Shown here one piece after another: positions 30,522 to 41,844 of a stretch of 64,000 nucleotides of DNA. Location of the stretch: the NCBI GenBank assembly GCA_002189035.1, contig NEEC01000011.1:1364001-1428000 (forward strand). Direction: 5' to 3'. Numbering within the stretch: position 1 is the stretch's first letter; the number at the start of each line of letters is the position of its first letter. Made by a program: the position numbers and the translations under genes. Origin of the DNA: Utricularia gibba (taxonomy: Eukaryota > Plantae > Magnoliophyta). The notes below the pieces were generated by a model. That model did no database searches. It saw only the letters and a program-made list of their open reading frames with translations, and had not been told where the DNA came from.

Positions 30522-30795
30522 ATGCATCCCCTGGCCGCTCCTTTCGTGCCTGCGCCTTTCCCGATGAATATCCATGCTCCTCCATACGTGCCACTAAGTT
30601 TCAGGCAGTCCATGCTTCCACAGATATCTGAAGCTCCTTACGGGTTGGATCCCCTGGCCCCTCCATTCGTGCCTGCTCCTTTCCCGATGAATATCCATGC
30701 TCCTCCATACGTGCCATCAAGTTTCACACAGTCCGTCGTTCCACAGATTTCCCAAGCTACTTACGGGTTGAATCCTGACGCTCCACCCTTCGTGT
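30522..30795 (+). repeat. 123-bp (41-codon) coding tandem repeat, ~2.2 units
   Basis: Units start at 30522, 30645 and 30768. The sequence cctttcccgatgaatatccatgctcctccatacgtgcca is identical in units 1 and 2. Confidence 0.92.
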
Positions 30796-31255
30796 CACGT
30801 TTCAGAGGCTTTTGGTGCTATGTGCTGATTCCTCGTAGTGAGAGTATTTCCTCCGATGAAGAACCCGAGGTTCTGGACAAACCCATCGTTGAGGGCCATG
30901 AGGTTGGTTCGAACCAGAGGAGCAGCGAGACGGAGGACGCGGCCTTCGCGGAGGAGATCGGCGAGGAGGAACCTGCACATGACGAACATCAGGAAAAGTT
31001 GCTGAGGAGGTATCAGAGGATACTAATGGAGAGCATGACACTGAAGAACAACTGGGAAATTGAAGCCATTGATGAAGACGGGCAGTCCAACATCTGCGTC
31101 GTTTGTCAGGAGGGCCTCTGCGACGGCGGCATGATCGGAATCCTGGACTGCCAACATCAGTTTCATTCCGCATGCATCAAAAAATGGCTGGAAGCTAAGA
31201 GCAAATTCCCCTCTGTCGCACAAGAGTCAAGGTTTCTCTGAACCGTCGTCGTTGA
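30522..31255 (+). CDS. Intronless protein with five PAM2-like motifs, an acidic linker and a C-terminal RING-H2 (copy A); one-base frameshift at the last CxxC
   Basis: N-terminal MHPLAAPFVP, MNIHAPPYVP, LDPLAPPFVP, MNIHAPPYVP, LNPDAPPFVS. RING is C-VV-C-x14-C-Q-H-QF-H-SA-C-IKKW-x6-[C]PLC. The ORF as given stops at 31241; adding one base near 31207-31211 gives ..K(C/F)PLCRTRVKVSLNRRR* ending at 31255, as in paralog B. Confidence 0.85.
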
Positions 31256-34149
31256 TCACCATGTGGGTGGATATTCTTGCAATCAAATCTAGGGATGACA
31301 TTCCGGTTTCAAACCACAAACTACAATACAGCAATCAATAACAGAATTTGCAAAACAAGGAAATGTGCAGACAATTACCGAGCTTTGAAAGCCCACTAGA
31401 AACCAAAGCATCCGCTGACCAAAAAAAAATCGGTGTGTTGGAACAAGGAATGAAAAGGATATAGCAAAGGCACTTCCCGTAAAATTTTGAGGAGATTCTA
31501 CTGTTGTGAAAGTCGATTTCAATACAAGAGACTGCAGAAGATGTTACAAACCTGTTTCCCTGATCATCTTTTCGTCAACGTGACACGCTTTGAAAATGAT
31601 TCCAACTGTTCCACCTGAAAAATGAACCCCACAAAAGGCAAAATGAGAAGAGATTGTGCTTTCCTCGACGACTCGAGTGCAACAACATTAAGAGAACTGA
31701 GTACGCAATGGACAGAAATCATTTCCAGAGCCTCTAGCTTCAAAAGATAGAGGGATGAGGAACACCGGCAAAATGTGGTAGAACCCAGAAGACGGTTTCC
31801 AGAAGCATCATTTTCAACAAATGGATGACAACAAAAAGTACATCGACGTAACAAAAACCATCGCGCAGTCATCATGATTCTGCACAACCCAGAACACGAT
31901 TCACCCCCCATTTGAGGAGTGGCCACAAGCCCATTTGCCAACAAACTCCTACTCAAAAATTCTCCATCGTGGGAATTGCTGGAGGATGATTATCCAATGA
32001 AGGACTCCGAGAACCCTCGCATGGCCTCACCTCCAGAAAAATGCGAGTTTCATGAAGACTGTCGTAGCTCCGAGAAGACCAACACACTCATTCGAGAACT
32101 TGGGTCTTATTGCGCTGGACAGAAGCCCAACACAGACTTCACGAGTGTTGGACTCACGCCCCAGCTCACCCACCCAAGCCCACAGCCCAAAACTACATGT
32201 ACATAAAGACAACGCCGGCAACGCCTCTTCCAACCGATGTATGAGTTAATTAGTATTTTACATGTGTTAGAGTTTTTTATTTATAATTTATTTAAACTTT
32301 TTTTTTCTAATTTTTAAATTACTTTAATTTTTTATTTTTATTTGCAAAATATCTTAGATTTTAGGGCTGAATTTGGTAAATTAATGGGTTGGAAGAGAGA
32401 GATTGACAAAATAGCATAACTTTTGGTTTTATTGATATTTTAAATTAGCTATAACTTTTCATTTGTAATTTACTGGAACTTATTGTTCTAATTTGTAAAT
32501 TACTTATTTTTTATTTTTCTTTATAAAATGATTTAGATCTGGAAATTCATTTGTATATAGTGCAAAAATAAGTTTAATACCACAAATTATATTTTTTTTA
32601 TGAAATCTATATTTTTTTATGTTTAAATAATATCCTAATTTTTATTTTCATTTATAAAATACAACATTTTTATTAAATTCTAAGTATTATATAATAATAA
32701 AAATCTACTTTAAATTAATATTGAATTCCTAATTTAATAGAATTATAAAATATCTATTAATTCACTTTTTTAAAAAAATATTGGATTGGTTGCCTAATTT
32801 AACAAGCAACACTAGGGTTCTTTTTGCTATCTAACCATACTTTCATTGATACATTTTGAAAACTAACCATACTTTTTAATTTATTAAATATTAATCATTA
32901 TATATTCATTTTGTAAATTAATAAATAACAATGCATGTATTTTTATTTTTTAATTAATTTCTACTTACATATATAAATAGTATAATATAATTATTTTAAA
33001 CTTTTAAAATATAAATAATTATATTTTTAACATTTATTCAATATTCAATACATTTATAAGGAATAAATTTATTTTATATAACACAATAAAAATATGAATT
33101 TATCATTTAGTATAATATAATGGAAACTTACAATTAAGAGTAGTTTATATTTAGGAAAAAACCTTGATTTCATATTTCATTTGAAAATTAGTTATGTTAG
33201 ATTGCTTTATTTGTAAATTACCCTATATTTTCAGTTTTTAAAATATTTTATTATACAAATAATTTAAATATTACTTTTTAATATAATAAGATATTTATGT
33301 ACCAACATATTTTCATTATCAAAAAATCAATTTTCTTTGATTAATAATCTTTCACTCAATATATTTATTATATATGAAACATATAAAATTAAATGTTTTT
33401 TTAAAAAAATTCGAAATAACATAAATTTAAAAAAAAATTATTCACAGTGTGACTTGAATATTTTTATAAAATGAATAAATAAAATCTAAAAAGCTATATA
33501 CAACATATTTAAAAACTAAATAATTTCACATAATTCATAATATTTATTACTCCATAACAAAACTGTTATTGTTATTGGTGAATAAAAATATATAACATAT
33601 TTACAAATATCTACAATCGTTATTATCATTTACAATTTATACTTTTCATATAATAAATTAAATTTTAATGAATATAAACATGAGTGCTTATAAAGAAAAA
33701 AATGATTTATTATAAAATTAAAATATTTCGAGTTAAAATATAATAAATAAAAAATATTATCAATTTTGATTAAACATATGATTTTAATTTTTTCATAATC
33801 AATATTAAATATGGGTAAACTATTTCTTAAATAATAAAAAATAGCTAATTTGATGTAACAATAATGAAAAGAAAATTAATTCAAGTAAACTATTTTTTTA
33901 CTTAAATTTTTAATAAAAAATAGCTAATTTGATGTAACAATAATTTATAAATTAATTAAAATAATGAAAAGAAAATTAATTCAAGTATGAAAAACGATTA
34001 AAACATAAAGTATAAATGATGTAATACAAATAATAGTATTCAAAAGATTAAAATGAATGTCTAGTTTTAAAAAAAATAACAATAATCAATATATATAATG
34101 CTCAATAATGCGTTTATAGATTTGTCAATGTGGATTAGTCTCATCAATT

Positions 34150-35000
34150 GGCTTCTGACCGAACTAGAATTCGCTGACGTAACTTCCCACATCATCCGCA
34201 TCTAGAACACCATGAAGGAATAACTGAAAGACATTGTAAGGGCAAGCAAATTGTCCATACCTTCAGTGCAATTCTATGAGATATGAAATATTACATTATT
34301 AACCTATAAAAATTGCATTAGAGAGATTTATAGAAAAAAAAATTTAAAAAAAGAAATTTAATAAACAATTAAAAGTTACTTACTGGATTTAAAATCGATT
34401 TATACGGAGAGTCATCTATTAGCAATGTGTTGATAGAGTTGTATTTGTCTTCAAATATTTCATTCTCCCAAATATACCGTAGAAGTTTCAACTTCATGGT
34501 ATCAAATGCGTTGTCGAACCGCCTCTCGAAAGTGATTATGCAATTGCTTTGATCTCATAAAAATACCAAATTCTGTTTGATATTATCTCCAAAAATTTAT
34601 TCTATTAATAACTTGAGTATATCCCTATCACCAAAAATACTATTAATAATTGAATACAAAATAAATTAATTTAATTGCATAATACAATATTTAAAAAATG
34701 ACTTACATTCCCCTCAATGACCATATTTCTACCTCAAAATTTGTCATACACCACTTCAAAAAGGATCTAGAATATGGTATTAAATACATTAAAAACAAAA
34801 ATGGTTAATTTTATATGTATTTTAAAAAAATGAAACAAGTAAATATACTAACCTACTCATCCCTTAATCATAATTGGAGGCATATGGTCTCGTCTATTCC
34901 TACGATATACGACATTGGCTAGTACCCCATTAATATCTAAAACAAGTAACTTCCGACATGTCATGGAAAAATAGCAAGGTTGCACAATCAAGCTTTCAAT
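34150..35000 (-). pseudogene. FCP1-homology (NIF/HAD-like) domain exons carried inside the MULE
   Basis: RKLLVLDINGVLA (34857-35078 ORF), NTLLIDDSPYKSILNP (~34380-34430) and LHGVLDADDVGSYVSE..FGQKPI (~34150-34220). These are the hallmark motifs of plant FCP1-homology proteins, with stops present. Confidence 0.7.
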
Positions 35001-36034
35001 TCTTTCTTCGTAATTACGAAAAGTACTAATCAATCTTTCTATCTCTGATTGTGCCTCCAATATCTCCAATTGTAGCATTTGTACTTACAAATAAAATAGT
35101 TAATCATTTAAAAATAAGTAACATACCATTTCGGGTAAGGTGTCAATATGTGTGGGAGATGAAGTATCATAAGGCTCTGGAACGTCTCGTGAGACATTTT
35201 CCACATTCCGAATTTCTAAAGATTGTTGTCGTCGAGATGCAATCTTTTTCCTGCCACACCAAATACGCCTAGTACTTCGAGTGTCCATAAATGGTGATTC
35301 AACTTCTGATAATTTTAATTGTTTACCATGAACCAAGATAATCAAAGAAACTTTTGACGCTTCATCTAATTCATCGACACCTTCATAAAAAAAAACATGG
35401 TAAATTTAACTAATATAAATCAATCAAAATAAAAAAATTAACCGAAAATTAAAAAATACTAAAATAGATTAAATTATAACATTACTATAATTAAAACATA
35501 CCTTCAACAATTCAGACTGAATCGAAGTCTCCAATTATTCCTCTAGGATTTCGAATTTGTGTACTCATTCATGTTATCATCCATATGAAACTCATCCACC
35601 ATGTACCATAAGATACTTGTAATCCTTCAATAATAATAGAAAAATCTTGCTTGCAAGTGATAGAAAACCGGTTTGAAGTTGTAACTCGGTTGCAAAAGAT
35701 TTGACTGAAAAATGCACTTAGTGAATTTAAAATACGAAATATTAAATAGAAAATAGTAATGTTAACAAATAGAAAGAAATTAGAGAATTTAACCAATACA
35801 AGAATGTGAAGATTCAATTCTAACTATAACACGACGAAGACTCCCAAAAAAGATAAAATGGTGCATCCAAGTCTTGTGTTGGATAAATGTTACATCTCTC
35901 ACTAGTTTGTTCGTTCACGTTGAACCTTCAATTTGCAATTGTAAAAAAGTTCATGCAATTTTATATCGCAACTTATCAAAGAAAACCTCAAATTTTTTCT
36001 AAATTTCATCTAGAGCATGACTACTAGAAGTCCC

Positions 36035-36361
36035 CTACCATCGTGGGTTTGGTTTAACGAACAATTCAATTCCATACTCCGAATAGGTAAGTGATAAAAT
36101 ATAACGTATTACGTCGGTACTTGAAATCTCCGTAAAATTTGCATTTCTGGATTCCGCATCATAAAATTTTGCATTTAAAGTAAATTGAAAATTTAAGGGT
36201 GATATTTGGAGGATCTCACCTATAATTTTAATAAGTTTATTAAGAGTTGATGTGCATTTAATCTTGATGATTTTCATAGGATCTGTATCGTATGCAACGT
36301 ATCCATATGCATTTTGAATTACATTTTCTTTGTATAACAGTTTGACAAGAATCTTACTCAT
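36035..36361 (-). pseudogene. MuDR-transposase-like N-terminal (PB1-like) fragment
   Basis: MSKILVKLLY...YDTDPMKIIKI..T.TLNKLIKII.EIL...F..ISSTDVIRYIL......IELFV resembles the N-terminus of MULE transposases. I found no DDE core. Confidence 0.5.
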
Positions 36362-38231
36362 TATATTTTAATGAAAAAAGAAATTTCAAAGGAGAAATTA
36401 ATGAAAAAAATTACTTTAAATTGAAATACAATACCTATTATATGAGATTGCCAAATTCCACTTAAAGATAGCACCACTTGTAATCGAGAAGTTGAGAAAA
36501 AAGTAACACGATTTATAGTAAGTAAGACTTTTAACATAAAAGATGAGAACAAATATTTTATATTATATGATTGTGATTTATAAAGAATAATATGAAGATA
36601 AGTCATGGAAGATAGTGAGAACGGATATCATAAAAACCAAATGAATTATATAAATTTCAATTTGTATTTTAAATCTTTTTAAACTTTTTTTCTTATATAA
36701 TATTTAATTTTTTTATTATCTCATATTTCAAAGATATTACTTTAAAAAATTTATATACAAAAACCACATTAATAAAATGAAATAACTGAATATTTTAAAA
36801 ATCCATAGCTGGGCGCTGCTTGTTAAAATAAACAATCAATCCAATAATTTTTTTTAAAAAAGTGAATTAATAGATATTTTCTAATTTTATTAAATTATGA
36901 ATTCAATATTAATTTCAAGTATATTTTTATTATTATATAATAGTTGAAATTTAATAATAATTAAAATTTAATTAAAATATGGTATTTTATAAATGAAAAA
37001 TGAAAATTAGGGTATTTTGTAAATATAAAAAAATTAAGGAATTTCATAAAATAAAATATATAATTTGTGATATTAAACTTATTTTCGCATTATTGTATAA
37101 ACTAATTTATAGATCTAAGTCATTTTATAAAGAAAAATAAAAAATAAGTAATTTACTAATTAGAACAAAAAGTTTCGATAAATTGCAAATGAAAAATTAT
37201 AATGCATATAAAATATCAATAAAATAAAAATTTACAGTATATGTCAATGTCTATCCTTTGATACATGTATTTACCAAATTTAGCCAAAAAGTTATGATAG
37301 ATTGCAAATGAAAAATTGTAATCTATGTAAAATATCAATAAAATAAAAGTTACGGTATTTTGCCAACTTCTTTCCTATGACACACGTATTTAGCAAATTT
37401 CACCACATATCTATTTTTCCGTACTAATACCCCCTCTAATCTATCAGTTAGGAAGCTTCTCTCTCAAAATTCTCCAATATTTCTCAATTTTTTAAATGAA
37501 AAACAGCTGATGCAATCAACAAAAGAAGTAGAAGCGATGAAAGTCTTCGCATATACTCCTTACCGAACTAGTTGGACACACAGAAAATAATAAATATCAC
37601 TAAGATAGCTTTAAAGTGCTGCTTAATAGATTGTATTTATTATTCAAATATAATATATATTAACTAGTTTAACAGTATATGCATATTTTATAAAATATAT
37701 AAAATACTTTGTTTTAATATTTTAAAACTCACGTTTTTGTTGAAAAAATCAAATTTTTAATTATTTATTTTAAATATAAATAAATAATTTATTTATATAT
37801 TTTATTGATAAATTCACATTATTGATCAATTGTGCGTTGCGGTGTTCTTTTTTTATGATTGTATTTATTGATCATTAGATTTCCATGAATGTTGGAAGAT
37901 GTAATTTTGGCACGTGTATTGATTTTTGTCTTTTTATTTCTATTTTTTATTATTCATTCTTCATAAAATCATGAAGATGTAGTTTTTATGTAGAATTACG
38001 ACCCATTAAGCGCTAATGAAATCCTAATTATATTATATAATATTTTAATTATATTATATTATATGTCAACATTTCCTAGTTTAGAGTCATATCCGTATCT
38101 GATTGCTAATCCTAATGATTCCATATTTCAGGGGAAGTGAGGCACCTGAATCCTTATAAATAGGGTTGTTTTTGCCAGAGTAACTCTTCACATGACTGAG
38201 CCTGAGCCCCTCTTGCCGACTTGTTTTTCCG

Positions 38232-38417
38232 ATGGATCCCCTGTCCACTCCTTTCATGCCTGCGCCTTTCCCGATCGGAATCCTGGACTGCCAACATCAA
38301 TTTCATTCCGCATGCATCAAGAAATGGCTGGAAGCGAAGGACAAATGCCCCCTCTGTCGCAAAAGAGTCAAGGTTTCTCTGAACGTCATTGTTGATCATT
38401 GTTTGAAATCCCTTTGA
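38232..38417 (+). CDS. PAM2-RING family copy B: 61-aa in-frame deletion derivative (one PAM2 plus the C-terminal part of RING-H2)
   Basis: MDPLSTPFMPAPFP|IGILDCQHQFHSACIKKWLEAKDKCPLCRKRVKVSL. Promoter and 5' leader align with copy A. The junction is ttcccGATcggaatcc. Confidence 0.7.
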   Translation: MDPLSTPFMPAPFPIGILDCQHQFHSACIKKWLEAKDKCPLCRKRVKVSLNVIVDHCLKSL

Positions 38418-39537
38418 TTACCAGATTTGTTCATCTGATGAGTTCCATGTATCATGAGATGAAAATTTGGCACATGAATTTGATTTTCTCCTCGTCTATG
38501 TCTTTTTTTTTTTTATTAATTGTTATCATTATCCATAATAAACATTAATGATGCAATAAAATCGTTTATAGGGACTTTTTGTGTGATCTTAATTTAACAA
38601 ATAGTCACCTAATGTCAAGTTTTATCATCACCCAATAGCATGTTGATACAAAATAAATCAGACTTATCAATAATGATCAATACTTGAACCTCCTTATAGT
38701 TAGTTTATAATTATCAGATTTTCCAAAATATAATTTACATTTAGTATGTCTTTTTTTTTCCATTTTTTATCCTATTTATTTTTTGCACATAATTTCATGA
38801 AACCGGATAATCAGTAGTTACTCTTACTCGAAGGTCGTATTTAGTTGATGTGAATGAGATAAAATTAGTTTTAATTTATTTGAGTTTAAATAAAGTTGAT
38901 GTATTGAGATTAATATTTTAATTAGTATTTAGTTATTGAGATTAAGTGGTTTTAGTAAAAATAAGGGAGGTTAATCATGGATTTATTTAAACATATAACC
39001 TAAATATTTTATAATTTATAATTCTCTTTTTAAATCTATATAATCTCATAAAGATTAAGTCACCTAAATTATGGGTTTAAGTTTTTGAAAAAAAAAAAGA
39101 AAAAATATTTTTTAAATTCAGCCTGAAATATTTTTAATCATATATTAATAATAATAAGCATATGACCTATTTAGTACTATCAAAATAATGAAACTAAATA
39201 TTGAATTGATAAATTAATGAAATGGTGCAAAATCGATAAATTTATTGATGATGAATAAAGAAAAAATATTTTCTCAAATATTAAAATCATTTACTTTTTT
39301 ATTTAAAGTTTGTTTCCTTGGATATTAATCATCTCATTTTTTTATCAATAAATTTTAAAGTAGTCTGATCAAATTTGATTATGTAATAATATATGGTAAC
39401 ATTTCCTAGTTTAGTGTAATTATTCCTTATCTGATTGCTAATCCGAATATTTCCATATATGGTAACTTGGTTTCGCCAACGGAATTCTTCACACGACTCA
39501 CAACCTAAGCCCCTTTTATCGGCGATTTGATTTTCCG

Positions 39538-39717
39538 ATGGATACGTACTTGCCTAGTTTCATGAAAGCCCCTTTTTGGATGAATCCCATTGCTCATCAG
39601 TACATTCCAAGTTCCGAAGCTCCTTATGGGTTGGATCCCTTGGCCTCTCCCTTCATGTCAAGTTTCAGTGTTTTGGTGCTATTTAAAATTTGTTGTAAAT
39701 CGTACATGAAAAAGTAA
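39538..39717 (+). pseudogene. PAM2-RING family copy C: PAM2-only 59-aa ORF
   Basis: MDTYLPSFMKAPFWMNPIAHQYIPSSEAPYGLDPLASPFMSSFSVLVLFKICCKSYMKK*. It shares the upstream module and leader with A and B but has no RING. Confidence 0.7.
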
Positions 39718-40289
39718 AAAAGATTAAAATTTGATCATATAAAATATTGTTATAAATAATTTCTCAATCCCTAATATTCAATAGCCTTTTTCATAATTAT
39801 TATTTTAATCTTAAAAATCAATCAAATATATATGTAAAACACGTAAACACTAATAGGTTTAAGATAAAAGGAATCAAAGTTACCACAGTGATTGAGTTGG
39901 GAACTTTGTACCCGACGGAATGGAAGGGGCAACCGTGTCACCAGAAGCCGACGAGGCTGGCCGTGCCGGTGATTAGATGGCTGCCGGCGGTGACTGTGGG
40001 ATGTAGTGTATGAAAAATGACGGATTTACCCATCACCTAGAGACTCCGAAGTAGAAGTACGCGAACTGCAGGGGATTCAATTTTGACTTGTTCCTGGAAC
40101 AACCAACACTAGCGTTGCAATTTTTTATTGGTGAAGCGTTATTTATATTTCAATAGCATTTAAATAAATGAAAAAAAAACTACAAACAGACATATTTATT
40201 AAACTTAAAGGTATGAATATCACAGGCCTGATTCGTGTATCATAAATCGGGACAAATGAAACACAAGACCACACAAGACAAGGAAGCAG

Positions 40290-40815
40290 CAACACACTTT
40301 CTTTCGACATGAAACGAAACCACGACTTCGACTCATGAGGCTGGACGCCATAGGCGGCCAAAATTTCTGCAACCTCAGCAGCTTCTGCAACTCAACAACA
40401 ACAAAAAAACTTCATTCCACATGCATTTTTCCATAGGTAGAATTATTTTATTGATAGGGAGACCTGTATCAGGCACTGTGATGATCTCCTCTTCTTCCCT
40501 TTCCTGCTCCCTCATGTAGTGGTCCTCTTCGCTCTTGGCCGCAAGGTAGCTGCCCATACCGCACAATGAAGAGTGAGGAACGAGGCATCACTATCAAAAA
40601 AACCCATGTACTGGAATGAATGTATACCCTCCGAGCCCGGCGGTGAGAATCAGAGACGGCGAGACCTTGGCGCCGGAGAGGCCGGCGGCGAGGGCGAAGG
40701 GCACAGTGAGGCCAACAGAGACCCCGATGATCACATCGCGCACGACCTGGTTCGCCGTGAAATGCTTCTCCTCATGGTGGTCGACGCTGCGACTTTTGGA
40801 AGGGGAAGGCTCCAT
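40290..40815 (-). pseudogene. VIT1: Vacuolar iron transporter VIT1-like, internally deleted and 3'-truncated
   Basis: DHHEEKHFTANQVVRDVIIGVSVGLTVPFALAAGLSGA, TAG|LGG (12-aa block missing), YLAAKSEEDHY.RE..RE.EEII.VPDT|EAAEVAEILAAYG. I found no FELGLEKPDP final exon downstream. Confidence 0.85.
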
Positions 40816-41844
40816 GCCTCCATGGGCGGCACGCCATTATATAGACCTCCGAAATTCCTTATAAACTATTAAATTATATAATTAAATATGGATTTATTAA
40901 ATTATAATTTAATTGAACCCAAAAATGTTATCCTTATTTTTTAATACAAAATTGCATAAAAATATTCCCTTACTATAAACTTAGAAAAATAATTAATCGG
41001 AACAATTACATGAAATAATCCAAAGTAAATTGAAAGTAATGAAATCATTACTTAAAAAATATTATATCATCCGTTTTATTTAAAGTTAGTTATCTTATTA
41101 AGTTTTAAGTCTGGTCAATAAAAAGATAAATCCACGTCAAGCAAGCGTTGTCATGACAATCTTTTTATTTAAAAATAAATAAGTTTTAAGTTTTTATTAA
41201 ATGGATTGAAAAAGGCCGTGACAAGGGATGTGTGGGTTGGGCGTCCCATAGCTTCCTGGTAAGTGCAGGAGCACGTGCTGCATTGCTTCGCTCCCTCCCT
41301 AAATCACAACACACAATACAAATCCCCTGGGTTCGGGTTGGTGGTGTAACGCCCTCACCAAAATCGGGCACCTATACTGAAAGTAATTAAGTAAAATGAT
41401 GATACAAATCATATACCAAACATTTTTTTCGAATAAGGAAAAAGTTTTCTGGACAATAATTTTTAAATTAAGTATGTTTCATGATAAATTATTATTTAAG
41501 AAAATGTTTAATTAAAGATGAAAATAATATAAAATCGTGAAGATTGAGTATCTAAATTGTATAATATTGTATAAATACTACATAATGATTATAGTTGATA
41601 AGATAATTGCGTGGTGGCATGTAGATAGTAGTTGTGTGAGGTTAAAATTGTCAGTTCAAAGCAGGTGAATGAATGTCAAAGTAGGGAGTTGAAAGAAAGG
41701 GATGGCGTCCTCTCGTATTCATGTGCTAGTTAAAATACCAACAAAACAAATGATGATTATTATGGATAGGTGGTGAAGTGTGATGATGTGTGTGTGTGTG
41801 TGTTGTTGTAGTAAAATGATGATAATTTGAGAAGAACAAGTGAA

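Larger units (their letters stand above)
32365..37285. mobile_element. Mutator-like (MULE) element with ~450-bp terminal inverted repeats
   Basis: 32365-~32812 (GGCTGAATTTGGTAAAT...AACAAGCAACAC) is the imperfect reverse complement of ~36832-37285 (...ATTTACCAAATTTAGCC). The outer ~120 bp of the right TIR is repeated in tandem to ~37405. Internal coding fragments are on the - strand. No clear 9-bp TSD. Confidence 0.75.

Noticed and set aside
30419-30631. 70-aa ORF overlapping the start of copy A (and similar 38192-38395)
   Set aside because: Its ATG lies upstream of the TATA box, and it is an alternative frame of the PAM2 repeats. The copy B version is noted only as an upstream ATG.
30795-31223. 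Conserved-looking antisense ORFs repeated at 45426-45775
   Set aside because: The similarity comes from the recent A/E duplication, not from independent coding selection.
34175-34200. snRNA USE-like TCCCACATC motifs (also ~2752 and ~51347)
   Set aside because: Imperfect matches with no correctly spaced TATA box and no snRNA body downstream.
32350-37420. Target-site duplication for the MULE
   Set aside because: The 9-bp flanks at neither candidate right end match the left flank, so no TSD is claimed.
41258-41282. miR164-like sequence (TGGTAAGTGCAGGAGCACGTGC)
   Set aside because: It needs indels to match miR164 and has no complementary star arm nearby.
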